DNA from: Phoronis australis
Lineage: Eukaryota; Animalia; Phoronida
Direction: 5' to 3'
NCBI GenBank assembly: GCA_002633005.1
Contig: NMRA01000456.1
Coordinates: 1 to 61,665 of the forward strand
Length of the DNA stretch: 61,665 nt
Shown here: positions 24,501-39,500 of the stretch, one piece after another
How positions within the stretch are numbered: position 1 is the first letter of the stretch
Layout of the letters: each line of letters begins with the position of its first letter
Made by a program: the position numbers and the translations under genes
The notes under the pieces: model-generated
Database searches by the model: none
The model's input: only the letters and a program-made list of their open reading frames with translations
Told to the model about the DNA's origin: nothing

Positions 24501-27500
24501 ATAGCAACATTATTTACCAACAAGAGCAATGCAGAGTGTTGAAATGCTCCCACGAATGCACCGCAAATGGTGTGCTTCCAGGGGTGTTTATTTCTATCAT
24601 AAAAATGACCACTAGATGGCGCAAAATAGATCAAATCCATCCAAAAACAGGAATATGCCATCACTTTTCAAATAGAAAGCTACTTATAAAATTTTATAAA
24701 AATCCATACAGGAACTTCAAAGACACAAAGGTAAATGTAAAAAACTAAAATTGACACTAAGGGACACACCGCTAGCCAGATCCGTCTGAAAGTCGCCGTC
24801 GTCCGTTGTCAACTCCATATAAATATACTAGCTAAATTTAGTAAAGATCCTGCAGAGTGTTTAGAAGATACAGCCATGGGTGCAAAAACAAGCAAAACTG
24901 CCACTAGTAGGCGCCACAGTAGTCGAAGTCATCAGAAAATCATCGTCAGCCGTCCTCTTCAAAGAAAGAAAATAAATGCCAATTTTTATAATCATCCTTA
25001 GAGTGGTTCGGCTGATAGATGGTGGACGCCAAAAAACGGACTCAAAAACAGCAAACATTGCCACTAGGTGGCGCAAAATACCTAGAATCAGTCCGGAAAT
25101 GGGAGGATCTCACTAATAGATGCCTATAGGTCAAATTTCATGAAAATCTGTCGAGGGCCTTTGAAGATACAGAGGTAAATGTAAAAATGTAACATTGCCA
25201 CTAGAGGCACACCGGTAGTTGGATCCATCCGTTGGATCCATCCGTTGGATCCATGCTCACGCCATCCCATTCATGAAGGAAACACGTGTTCAAAATTTCG
25301 TGATTATACAAAAGATTTTGGATATAGAGCAGCGGACATCAGACGCCGGACAGATGGGCCTACAGATATGATGGCATAATGCGTCCATATAATAATGTGG
25401 GAGCACACAAATGACACGAGCACATGTCAATTGGATTGTACAACTTACACCTCAAGTGAGAAGATTAACATTATCAGCCAGTCACAAAAACTGCAGATAC
25501 AAGGTCTCTGGTATTTACTTAGTATACAAAGGAGCACGGTCACATTACATGGACCATGAAATGAGATTGTCCGCAACACAACAATATAATTCATCAAATT
25601 GATTTTCGTCCATTTTTAAAGGCTGAGTAAATATTAATAAAATGTTAATTTATTATGCATTTGTTTCACCATAACTGCACAATACAAACAAGGCTGACGA
25701 TGGAGACGATGCTTATTTTTATTCAGAAACTGGACAAAATAAGATTGTCCAGCAAATTATGCGCTATGAAAACTGTTGGTCAGAGTGCATGACTCACACG
25801 GTCAGGTGCTGCACAAGACTGTCAGGTGACACTTCCTGTTCTACCAGAGTCTTGGTTGAACTTTGCAGTACAATCGACTCGAGGATCTCCAATGACGACT
25901 GGAGAGCTATAGGATCGATATCAGCCAATTTCTTTTTGTTGTTTATCACATAGCTGGACACCTACAAGAAACGAGTCAAATTTATCTTTAAACCAGGGCA
26001 ATGTCCTTGTAAAAGACTCAGGGGTTCAATTTGTACTTGCTGGCTTCCCTCGCCTTCTTAAATGCACAGTTTATTTAAAAAACTATCAGTCTAATATGGC
26101 GGTGAACAAGCACATGGAATGCAAAGCATGCCGTTAAATTACAACTTTAAAGCAATCTCATCGGTGACAATTCTCTTCAAGTATATCTTTAATTAAATTC
26201 CATTAACAAAGTTCTTGTTCAAGGAAAATGTGGACATTTACTGATGAAAAATTCTATGGCACCAGTGGACACATGTCTACTTTCAGACTCAACCAGCAAA
26301 GTTAAGTTAACTTTCCATGATTTCAGACTCATTTGGGCTTTAAATGGAGTGAGTTGGTGCAAGACAAATCTTAAGTGTTGTCTGCTCTTATTCCAATGAT
26401 CTTGTGTGATACCTACTGTTTTGATAAACTGGGACTCCAGTACATCCCACGACACTATCCCATGATCCATCAGCTCAACAAATGCCTTGAGTAGATATGC
26501 AAGAGACTCGCCAGAACTGCAAGTAGAGAGCCACACATTAAAAGTGTATTAAATATCGCAAAAATGAAAACAAGTAGGCACAAATCTCACACAGAAGCCT
26601 GGTCATCTCCAATGTCTTGTGACTGAGAGAATGGTAGCGTTGGACCTGGTTAACACATAGGTACTGAACACACTGAACGCACAATTAATCACCACCACTA
26701 ACTATTAAGACTGCATAAGCCAAGATATATATTAAGTTGTTCTTTAATGAATATCCGGAGTTATTGAATGCACCCACATAATCCTATGTTTAAGATCTCG
26801 AAGATTGAGACGTTAAAACAGAGTAATATTGATGACTGCCATCCAAGCGATGAGAATATCTAAATATACAAATTGCAAGGCGGTTCTTGTCTTTCTGTTG
26901 CTCTATTGCAACGACTGTGTAAAACGGTACCTACTAATACAACAGGTGGCACTATCAGTCACCAGCCCCATGTGATCAGCAAACGGTACCCACCTCAACC
27001 AAGAGCTTTGCCGCTAATGTGTGGGCTTCAAACAATGACGTCACGTGGTGCTTTACCGATCACTGGATTACTGTATCTTTTAATACTAAGCCACAATCTC
27101 AAGAATGTTATAAGGGATCACTTTTTGTTTGGATGATAGAACAATGAAAACAAAATGTCAGAATCTTCAGACTTTCTTGATGATGCTAAACTGCGACCAA
27201 TGCAACAGCTAAATTAGTGTTGATACAGTGTGCATTTTTGATTACCCGTAATATGCCAGGTGTCATTCGCATTAAATCCCTGTCCTATGGCATTAACTTA
27301 CTCATGATATATGCTTCAAACAAATTGGTAAACAGTTCCGCTTCTAACACTGACATCATTTTTGATTGTGTGGTAAAAAGAATAAAATTTCTGTACTACC
27401 ATCCAAGTTAACTACAAATCTGCTTTGAAAAAAAACATGCCATGACCAAACCCTACAGAACTACACTGAAGAAAATGTGTGAAATCCAAGTTAAGTTTGG

Positions 27501-30500
27501 GATTGGTGTCTGTAACGAATCATCATCAGCATAATCACATTCACAAGCAAGGCCTCTGTGTTTGTAGTTTACCTTTGCAACAACTACTCACGTCTCTGTC
27601 TAATATATACAAGCATCACAACCTGCCAGCAGTAAAGTGCTTGGTCGAGTGTGTACCTTTTGCAAGTGATCAGTAGAAACGACATAGTGCAATTCTCCCA
27701 TTTGAAACATGAGAATAAAGAAAGTAACAATACTCCAATGTACAGAAATTGAGGTTTCTCTTATGCACGTCAATACATTGTGTTAAGTTTGTCAAAAATG
27801 TAATATGCCGCATCACAAAAGAATTGACAGCTGTATTAAATGACAGCTAACAAGTGTCAATTGTAAGGAAACCCCAAACATTTTCCTACGAATGGGCACT
27901 GCCTAATATTGTTTGCTTGTCGATTCATTCCGTCAGTAAGTATACTCACTACTTGTTTGTCTCCACCATGGAAATCAACATATTCATGCCGCTCTTGTTA
28001 ATGAACTCTGTAGCAAATGTTATGTCAGACGAGAACTTGGACAACTGTTTGAAGGCGGCTGCTTTTTCCTGCAGTGTACCTGTGCTCAGTTGTTGGATGA
28101 TAGTGTCGACAGTTTTAAGCTGAAATAGAAGTGTATAAATAAGTCAAATAAGTTGGAAGCAAATCGAGTGCATATAAAGAAGTTCAACAACCCACAACTT
28201 GAAACAAAGAAAGAAACTCAGAGAGACTGACAAGCCAACAAATTCCACACACGAGTTCCATTTATAGTACAGATATTGTGGAAAATTAGAGAACTGATCT
28301 GGCCTTGAATGCTTCCCCCTACCCCCCCCCCCCTGAGACAATATTGATACAAAATATCATTTGCTCTTCAAACACATGAAAACTACAAAATGGTTGCGAT
28401 AATGGTTGTTCGCTTAAGTTGTACACCCATTATGAGACTCCTATGTCAAAAAATAGAGTAATGCAAAGCGTTGCTATATGTCCACTGGGTGCACCGCATG
28501 CAGTACAGATACAAGAAATAACTGTATATTTTAAACATTCTCACTAGAGGGAGCACTACCAGTAAACTTAATATAGCCTCCAAGGGGAGCAAAGCAAGTT
28601 CACCAAAAACTTAACTCCATGAACATTGATAAATTAATTTGGTAGATACCACGGNNNNNNNNNNNNNNNNNNNNNNNNNNNNNNNNNNNNNNNNNNNNNN
28701 NNNNNNNNNNNNNNNNNNNNNNNNNNNNNNNNNNNNNNNNNNNNNNNNNNNNNNNNNNNNNNNNNNNNNNNNNNNNNNNNNNNNNNNNNNNNNNNNNNNN
28801 NNNNNNNNNNNNNNNNNNNNNNNNNNNNNNNNNNNNNNNNNNNNNNNNNNNNNNNNNNNNNNNNNNNNNNNNNNNNNNNNNNNNNNNNNNNNNNNNNNNN
28901 NNNNNNNNNNNNNNNNNNNNNNNNNNNNNNNNNNNNNNNNNNNNNNNNNNNNNNNNNNNNNNNNNNNNNNNNNNNNNNNNNNNNNNNNNNNNNNNNNNNN
29001 NNNNNNNNNNNNNNNNNNNNNNNNNNNNNNNNNNNNNNNNNNNNNNNNNNNNNNNNNNNNNNNNNNNNNNNNNNNNNNNNNNNNNNNNNNNNNNNNNNNN
29101 NNNNNNNNNNNNNNNNNNNNNNNNNNNNNNNNNNNNNNNNNNNNNNNNNNNNNNNNNNNNNNNNNNNNNNNNNNNNNNNNNNNNNNNNNNNNNNNNNNNN
29201 NNNNNNNNNNNNNNNNNNNNNNNNNNNNNNNNNNNNNNNNNNNNNNNNNNNNNNNNNNNNNNNNNNNNNNNNNNNNNNNNNNNNNNNNNNNNNNNNNNNN
29301 NNNNNNNNNNNNNNNNNNNNNNNNNNNNNNNNNNNNNNNNNNNNNNNNNNNNNNNNNNNNNNNNNNNNNNNNNNNNNNNNNNNNNNNNNNNNNNNNNNNN
29401 NNNNNNNNNNNNNNNNNNNNNNNNNNNNNNNNNNNNNNNNNNNNNNNNNNNNNNNNNNNNNNNNNNNNNNNNNNNNNNNNNNNNNNNNNNNNNNNNNNNN
29501 NNNNNNNNNNNNNNNNNNNNNNNNNNNNNNNNNNNNNNNNNNNNNNNNNNNNNNNTAAAAATGGCCACTAGGTGGCGCAAACTATGTCGAATCCATCCGA
29601 AAACGGCAGGATAGCGTCATCTCACTACTAGGTGCCTACATACCAAATTTCATGAAAATCCGTTCAGGACTTTTGAAGATACAAAGGTAAGCGTAAAAAA
29701 CTAAAATTGCCACTAGGGGGCACACCGGTAGTCGGATCCGTCCGAAAGTTCGCACATGCCGTCCCATTCATGAATGGAACATATGTGCCAAATTTCATGA
29801 ACGTATGTCAAAGGGTTTTGGAGATAGAGCAGCGGACGCCGGACGCCGGACGCCGGACGGACGCCGCCCGGACGGACGGACGGACGGACGGACGGACGGA
29901 CAGAGATGACGGCATAATGCGTCCACATATAAATATGTGGGCGCATAAAAACATTAAAGCATACCATAGATTGTGTCTCATTTTTTAAGTGCTCATGTCA
30001 CTTTTACATTTACTGTATATGCATGGATTTAGGTGCGTGTGCTTTTATGAGAAGTACAAATTTCATGTATGTGCTTATATGAGACGCACCGAATTACATG
30101 CATGTGCTAATATGAAAATCACAAAATTGCTTGCAAGTGCATATGAGAAGCACGGAATTATGTACAAGTGCTTACATGAAAAGCATGAAATTATGTGTAT
30201 GTGCTTATATGAGAAGCACGGAATTACATGCATGTGCTAATATGAAAATCACATAATTAGGTCTATGTGCTTATTTGAGAACCACTGAATTAGGTGTACG
30301 GGGAGCATATGTTAAAACGTGAACACTTGAGCAACAAACCTAGGACCAAGCATTACAAAATGGTAGACTACATGTTGACAAGTAATGACTCAACACTAAC
30401 TAGTATTTAAATGCACAAAAAATGGTAAGACACACAAAAATATACCTTACTATACAAGGGCCAGACGCCTGAGTCTAGAAGTTAAACATAGGCGTATGTG

Positions 30501-33500
30501 CCTATGTATGAGCCACTAAGTAAAAATGTTTGGAAAAAAACGCTCTATTTTGGACGTAGGCACAAGTGTGTATAGTAAGTAAGTGCATGTATATGGCAAC
30601 AATGTTCATTAAGTTTTCAGACTTTAGGCAAATATCCTGTCTTCACAGTCCAAAAATATGAGTTACAAATGGGTCATTAATACCAGCCACAACAGGGAGC
30701 AGGAACATTAGAGAACACTTAACCGCACAACAGGCACTTACTTGCAGGATGATGTTACGGACAGATTTTGTCTGCAGCCTATCAGCAATGACCTGAAAGA
30801 TTGAAATGAAAGCAAATTTGAAATTGGAGGCACTTACGACAAAGTTTTAAAACCAGTGTATAAGTATGGTTGTATTAATTCAATATCTCACAGCATTCAG
30901 TTATCCAAACTTTTTTTCGAATTGTGACAGTTTTTAAACTCTATATTTTATAACACTTTTCTTCCACTTTTCAAGTGCAAGCAAAATTAGTTGTTCAAAT
31001 CTTTTCCCAACATTTACTATGCAATTTAATTATAAATTCATGTACTTGCCTTCTTTTGTTCAAGACTCGCTTTCATGAACATCGCATTGATCAGGGCAAC
31101 AGCACACTTCTGTATCTCTGGATTTGGTCTGCAATTTCCAATGTCAGGCATGAAAAAAGTTACGGCACCAAGATAGCAGACATTGTCGCCTATATGACAT
31201 AAAGACTGTTTTTATTATGTTACCATTATCCTTCACAAGTGCCTTTAGGCAGCGCACTCCCACAATCCTTTGTGTTTTCAAGTACTTATTTAGTGGAAAT
31301 AATTGCATTCAACAGTGAAAATGCAGATTGAAACAGAGTTAAAAACGCTTAAATAACTCAGAGCATATCTTGGCAATAGTCATATATAACCTGCCCACAT
31401 TTTGAGAACCAGTTTGATGTCCATAACTCAGTTGAGCAAACAGGTTCTCAAAATGCGGGCCTGTTATATCCGACTATCACCCCCATGTCTTTGAATGATA
31501 ATTGTTAAGCGATCTGAAGGTCTAACACCTCTAAGATTAACGCTCACAGGGGTAACATTCTCGGCTTGGAAACAATGTGACTGATAGTCCAGCATATACA
31601 AGATCACCACCTAATGTAACAAAACACCATTCATATCAAATGTGCTCACATAAACTGAACTTGGTCAATACCTATTGTTTGTTGGTTCATCTTCTAAAAA
31701 AATTCATAGATTTTCATTTGTAAAGACGGGATACTAAATTCAAAAAAAATGTGCTTCTAATTATACAGTTTACACAACATTATGCAAAGCAAAAATGCCA
31801 TTTTTCATACAAAATAGAAACATTATTTACCAACAAGAGCAATGCAGAGCGTTGAAATGCCCCCACGAATGCACCGCAAATGGTGTGCTTCTAGGGGTGT
31901 TTATTTCTATCATAAAAATGACCACTAGATGGCGCAAAATAGATCAAATCCATCCAAAAACAGGAACATGCCATTACTTTTCAAATAGAAAGCTACTTAT
32001 AAAATTTTATAAAAATCCATTAAGGAACTTCAAAGACACAAAGGTAAATGTAAAAAACTAAAATTGACACTAAGGGACACACCGCTAGCCAGATCCGTCT
32101 GAAAGTCGCCGTCGTCCGTTGTCAACTCCATATAAATATACTAGCTAAATTTAGTAAAGATCCTGCTGAGTGTTTAGGAGATACAGCCATGGGCGCAAAA
32201 ACAAACAAAACTGCCACTAGTAGGCGCCACAGTAGTCGAAGTCATCAGAAAATCATCGTCAGCCGTCCTCTTCAAAGAAAGAAAATAAATGCCAGTTTTT
32301 ATAATCATCCTTAGAGTGGTTCGGCTGATAGATGGTGGACGCCAAAAAACGGACTCAAAAACATTGCCACTAGGTGGCGCAAAATACCTAGAATCCGTCC
32401 GGAAATGGGAGGATCTCACTAATAGATGCCTATAGGTCAAATTTTATGAAAATCTGTCAAGGGCCTTTGAAGATACAGAGGTAAATGTAAAAATGTAACA
32501 TTGCCACTAGGGGCACACCGGTAGTTGGATCCATTCGTTGGATCCATGCTCACGCCATCCCATTCATGAAGGAAACACGTGTTCAAAATTTCGTGATTAT
32601 ACAAAAGATTTTGGATATAGAGCAGCGGACATCAGACGCCGGACAGATGGGCCTACAGATATGATGGCATAATGCGTCCACCTATTATGTGGGCGCATAC
32701 AAGTGACACAAGCACATGTCAATTGGATTGTACAACTTACACCTCAAGTGAGAAGGTTAATATTCTCAGCCAGTCATAAAAAGCAGATACAAGGTCTCTG
32801 GTATTTACTTAGTATACAAAGGAGCACGGTCACATTACATGGACCATGAAATGAGATTGTCCGCAACACAACAATGTAATTCATCAAATTGATTTTCTTC
32901 CATTTTTAAAGGCTGTCAAGTAAATATTAATAAAATGTTAATTTATTATGCATTTGTTTCACCATAACTGCACAATACAAACAAAACTGACGATGGAGAC
33001 GATGCTTATTTTTATTCAGAAACTGGACAAAATAAGATTGTCCAGCAAATTATGTGCTATGAAAACTGTTGGTCAGCGTGCATGACTCACACGGTCAGGT
33101 GCTGCACAAGGCTGTCAGGTGACACTTCCTGTTCTACCAGAGTCTTGGTTGAACTTTGCAGTACAATCGACTCGAGGATCTCCAATGACGACTGGAGAGC
33201 TATGGGATCGATATCAGCCAATTTCTTTTTGTTGTTAATCACATAGCTGGACACCTGCAAGAAACGAGTCAAATTTATCTTTAAACCAGGGCAATGTCCT
33301 TGTAAAAGAGGCAGGGGTTCCATTTGTACTTGCTGGCTTGCTTCGCCTTTTTAAATGCACAGTTTATTTAAAAAACTATCAGTCTAATATGGCGGTGAAC
33401 AAGCACATGGAATCCAAAGCATGCCAATAAATTACAACTTTAAAGCAGTCTCATCTGTGACGATTCTCTTCAAGTTCTCTTCAAAGTTCTTGTTCAAGGA

Positions 33501-36500
33501 AAATGTGGACATTTACCGATGAAAAATTCTATGGCACCAGTGGACACACGTCTACTTTCAGATTCAACCAGCAAAAAAAGTTAAGTTAACTTTCCATGAT
33601 TTCAGACTCATTTGGGCTTTAAATGGAGTGAGTTGGTGCAAGACAAATCTTAAGTGTCGTCTGCTCCTATTCCAATGATCTCGTGTGATACCTACTGTTT
33701 TGATAAACTGGGACTCCAGTACATCCCACGACACTATCCCATGATCCATCAGCTCAACAAATGCCTTGAGTAGATATGCAAGAGACTCGCCAGAACTGCA
33801 AGTAAAGAGCCACACATTAAAAATGTAAAAAATATCGCAAAAATGAAAACCAGTAGGCACAAATCTTGTACAGTAGCCTGGTCATCTCCAATGTCTTGTG
33901 AGTGAGAGAATAGTATTGTTGGATCTTGTTAATACATAGGTATGGAACGCACTAAATGCACAAACTATCACCACCCTTTATTAAGACTGCATAAGCCAAG
34001 ATATATACAAATTTGTTTATTTTTAGTGAATGTCCGAAGTTACTGAATGCACCCACATAATCCTATGTTTAAGACCAAGCGACGAGAATATTTAAATATA
34101 CAAATTGCAAGACAGTTCTTGTCCTTCTGTTGCTCTATTGCAATGACTGTGAAAACGGTACCTACTAATACAACAGGTGGCACTATCAGTCACCAGTCCC
34201 ATGTGATCAGCAAACGGTACCCACCTCAACCAAGAGCTTTGCCGCTAATGTGTGGGCTTCACACAATGACATCACGTGGTGCTTTACCGCTCACTGGATT
34301 ATTGTATTTTTTAATACTAAGCCACAATCTCAAGGATGTTAAAAGTGATCACTTTTTGTTTGGAGGATAGAACAATGAAAACAAAATGTCAGAATCTTCA
34401 GACTTTCTTGATGATGCTAAACTGCGACCAATGCAACAGCTTAATTAATGTTGATATAGTGCGTATTTTTGAACACCGGTAATATGTCAGGTGTTATTCG
34501 CATTAAATCCCTGTGCTATGGCATTAACTTACTCATAATATATGCTTCAAACAAATTGGTAAACATTTCCGCTTCTAACACTGACATCATTTTTGATTGT
34601 GTGGTAAAAAGAATAAATTTCTGTACTACCATCCAAGTTAACTACAAATCTGTTTAGAAAAAAAAACATGCCATGACCAAACCCTACAGAACTACACTGA
34701 AGAAAATGTGTGAAATCCAAGTTAAGTTTGGGATCGGTGTCTGTAACGAATCATCATCAGCATAATCACATTCACAAGCAAGGCCTCTGTGTTTGTAGTT
34801 TACCTTTGCAACAACTACTCACGTCTCTGTCTAATATATACCACCTGCCAGCAGTAAAGTGCTTGGTCGAGTGGGTACCTTTTGCAATTGATCAGTAGAC
34901 ACGACATAGTGCAATTCTCCCCATTTAAAACATGAGAATAAAGAAAGTAACAATACTCCAACGTACAGAAATTGAGGTTTCTCTTATGCACGTCAATACA
35001 TTGTGTTAAGTTTGTCAAAAATGTAATGTGCCGCATCACAAAAGAATTGACAGCTGTATTAAATGACAGCTAACAAGTGTCAATTGTAAGGAAACCGCTT
35101 CACCTTGTGTCCTATACTCCACTGCGTTGATGAACTGTTTTGGGCAAATTAATGATAAACATTTTCCTACGAATGGGCACTGCCTAATATTGTTTGCTTG
35201 TCGATTCATTCCGTCAGTAAGTATACTCACTACTTGTTTGTCTCCACCATGGAAATCAACATATTCATGCCGCTCTTGTTAATGAACTCAGTAGCAAATG
35301 TTATGTCAGACGAGAACTTGGACAACTGTTTGAAGGCGGCTGCTTTTTCCTGCAATGTACCTGTGCTCAGTTGTTGGATGATAGTGTCGACAGTTTTAAG
35401 CTGAAATAGAAGTGTATAAATAAGTCAAATAAGTCGGAAGCAAATCGAGTGCATATAAAGAAGTTCAACAACCCACAACTTAAAACAAAGAAACTCAGAG
35501 AGACTGACAAGCCAACAAATTCCACATATGAGTTCCATTTATAGTACAGATATTGTGGCAAATTAGAGAACTGATCTGGCCTTCCGCAAACCTTGNACTT
35601 CAAACACATGAAAACTACAAAATGGTTGCGATAACGGTTGTTCGCTTAAGTTGTACACCCATTATGAGACTCCTATGTCAAAAAATAGAGTAATGCAAAG
35701 CGTTGCTATATGTCCACTGGGTGCACCGCATGTAGTACAGATACAAGCAATAACTGTATATTTTAAACATTCTCACTAGAGGGAGCACTACCAGTAAACT
35801 TAATATAGACTCCAAGGGGAGCAAAGCAAGTTCACCAAAAACTTAACTCCATGAACATTGATAAATTAATTTGGTAGATACCACGGTTAAAGTAAAAACG
35901 TGCAATTGCCACTATAAACTGCGGCACTATTGGCATTTGTCCGAAAATTAAGGGGTGACACCTTATCTGCAGGTGTTTAATTTCACAAGAAGCCCTCAAG
36001 GGATGTGTCATAGATGTTTGGATGCTACTGGGGGTATTGGCAAGTTTCACATGGTTTATAGAACGAGAGTTCTAGTGCGGACAAACTTAAAGAAGTGCCA
36101 GTCAATCCATAATTTGGACAATCGTATATTTCAAATTTTATGAAGATCCTTCACGGACTCGGTAAACATTGAAGTCAAAATGCAAAGAAAACTAAAATTC
36201 TCACATTTGGCAATGCCACATTGGCCATATCCATCCCATAACTGATGCCAGCTGTGCATTCTTCAATAGGAACAAGTAGCCAAATTTCATGAACAACCAT
36301 CAAGGGACTTAATAGATGCTGGGGCAAGTTCAAAAAACAAAATTGCCACTTTGGGTCCCATAGAAGTCAGATCTATCCAAAAATCAATGGCAGCAATGTA
36401 CATCTCGATAGGATCATATCTGTTAAATTTCACATATCATCAAAGAATTTGGCAGGTAATGGGGCAGATGTCTGCATATCAAAAGCAACCATGCTTTCCT

Positions 36501-39500
36501 AAATAGGATCACATCAATTATAATTAAACTTAATAAAGATACGTCAAAGGAGATAGGTAGACATTGAGGCAGACACAAACAACACCAAAATAGCCACCAG
36601 ATGGCATCACAGTAGTTGGCCACTAGTTTTTGTGGGTGCATAATAAAAAAGAACAAGAATAACATGTACAACTGATGATGAGAAGAAATGTGACACAGAC
36701 TGTGAGAGTTTATGAACTCTGAACTCTGAACTCTGAAGTCAAATTACTCACTGGGGAAGACGTCAACTTCAAAATATCACCATTATCAATCTCAAAGCGG
36801 TTCTGAAATGAAAAATAAAATTCAAAAAGCAACCAGAACAGAACAAATTGCAAGAGTTAAGTGAAATCTTTAGTAAGGGCAAAATGTATCGTTAGATTTT
36901 TAGAACCATTACTCATTACAGGAAAAGATAACAATGGACTCTCATTTCATTTGGTATACAATCAAAATCTATTTTTTGTAGTATGTCCATGCCGAGTCTT
37001 TCAATATTTTTATACAAGAATAAAAGGCGGGAAATTAGAAAGACGAAATAACCCATGTTTCTGGCTACTTCTATTTGACAATCAAATTTTAATGTGCGGA
37101 AAATTTATATTTAAAATCTATCACTTAGGCTATTTTTTAGAGCAAAAACTGATCTGTTAGGTCAGGTGATGAATTCCATTTCTGACGTGTACCTCTCAAA
37201 ATAAGAGAACTCAGATTGGGTGTTTTATTATACGCTGTCACGTTAGCCATTATGGGTGAAACTATAAGAAAAAACGCACCCTTTCTGTGATGTATTTGTC
37301 TCCCTTTGTGTCACAGAACTGAAGAGCATAGTCTTCCGGGGTGGCCAGCTGCCATCTAAAATATCAATTCTTATTAAACTTATATCTAGGTATATAAAAA
37401 GTGACAGTGATGATAAACATCATGTCAGTAAACATTTTACATAATGTACCCAGTTAGTGTTTTAACGCCCACGATTAAGATATATATAATTATAGCAATC
37501 GTACAATATAGTTCAGTAGCAGCCCTTCATTGACACAAAATAGGTACGATTGTACTTCTTACTAGTAAGATAGATTAATATTTACTAGCTCATTCTTTCT
37601 ACGCAATTTCTTATCTTACGGCCTGCAATTGTATACCAACTCTCCTAGAGAAATTACGTACAAACAAGCTAAAAGCAGTTGCAATATTTCAAGACCACAT
37701 GCCTACTGTGTGCTACATTCACACTTTGCTTGTATTTATTATTCCTCTGTTTATTTTTAATTACTTCCATCACGTTCATTTTACGTATTCCCTGAGGATA
37801 AGACACGCCATCTCGAAGTATAGCGACTATTTTAACTTGTTTGTCCATAATGTCTCTTGGTGACTTGCTGCACAACTGCACGCCAGAAGATACTAGGAGA
37901 TTGTATTGAGAATACGAGCCAGTATATATTAAGCTGTCTGTTGAAAAGTACATCCGTGCCTTCAATCAATTCTGATAGCAAAATTAGCAAACAATTCAAG
38001 AGAAAAACTTGCATACAAATCAAAGAAACATCAATTTAACTTACTTATCGCACACTGTCCTTATTATAGCTGCAAGAGGCATGGTCTGAAATGAACGAAA
38101 AAAAATGACTTTAACACAGGAAATTGTCTTCACGTCAACTTTCAATGGTGGCTTTATTTATTGAACATCGACAGGCAGGTTTGTAACTATATAATCTGTC
38201 CAAGTCATAAAATAACCCTTGTTACTGATTATATTCCGCCACTAAGCTAAGAACCTGATGCTGGTGTTTTAGTACTACTTTAGTTTTTATCAGTTATTGT
38301 GAACAATGCTCATACACTGGTACGAGTACTTTTGCAATAGATATCATGCTATTATTATTGCTGTTGTTAATGTTAGTGTTATTACATGTACAATCATGCA
38401 CTTTACAACCAAAAGAACATTTAGAAAACAGAATACAATTTGTGAGATTCAAAACTGGGAAAATTATGTGCCACCTCATACTGGTCGAACACAATATCTT
38501 CACCCTCTGACAACCCAATATCACCTCCTGCAAACACTCAGTTTTTATGGATCCAGCATCTTTGGGTGTTTTCCATTTAAGTTTTTTAGCATTCACTTCT
38601 GTAACTATACAGTTGCCATGAAAATAGGACTGTTATGCTTTGTCAATGAGGTCGCGTGCTCAACTTATTACGTGTTTATATGAAGCAAGGATATTTCTGG
38701 ACTGTGTCTTTGTGCCATTCGTGAAAAACAATTTTAACTGCCTTTTAAAAATGGCGCTAGTACATTGCAGCAGGTTACACTTTTCCAAAAAAACAAGATT
38801 CTAGTCAACTTACAGTCAGTCGGGTAAAGCATGACTCTGTTCTTATTTCAATTGCCCTTGGGGTTTCTGTTTATATGTTACCACTTTCATTGTACAAATT
38901 TGTTGAAAAAGGCACAGGTTCAGACTTGGTCAGGGATATACCTGATATAGAACCACTTTTTCTAAAATCTGATAGCAATTGATCTTTACAGCTAATGCTT
39001 TCAAGAATGACACCTGGACACCAAGGCAGTGTGCCTTATTTTATCCTATCCACCATCAGGCTCACAGAATCTACACCGCTTTACAGATTTAAGACATCTA
39101 AACTGAACAACGCAGGCTACCTGCATGACCCGTATCAACGGTAAGGCATTTCAGAGGAGAGGTGCAGCAAGCTCAAATGCCTGCTTTTCACCACATGGTT
39201 TAATGCCAGGATTCTGACAGAGTGTCACAACACAGTCAACTCGGGAAAATGCACAGGAGCTAATGAGCAGAGGCACTTGAAAATGACAGCAGTATTTTGA
39301 AGTCCATTGAAAACTAGCTTGCATGAGAGTAAGAACCAATCATCCACTGGAACAAGCGTAATGCAGATGGTGTATCTCACTCACCTGGTTCATATGCATC
39401 ATGATTGGTAGCTCACCATCCATAGTGATGGCTATTCTTTTGATGTTGGTGTCCTTATCAGGCATTATGATGTTCAGCCCAGGGTGATGGTGCTCCGACA

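Larger units (their letters stand above)
22636..28654. repeat. ~6-kb duplicated segment, copy A (copy B 29948-35886)
   Basis: Colinear near-identical sequence at offset ~7.2-7.3 kb, separated by an N gap. Confidence 0.95.
29948..35886. repeat. ~6-kb duplicated segment, copy B
   Basis: Matches 22636-28654 with scattered substitutions and indels. Confidence 0.95.

Noticed and set aside
28600-29580. 300-aa ORFs spanning the second N run
   Set aside because: Artefacts of the assembly gap
22636-35886. Two separate ELMO paralogues
   Set aside because: Only five internal exons are repeated, with a single 5' end and a single 3' end
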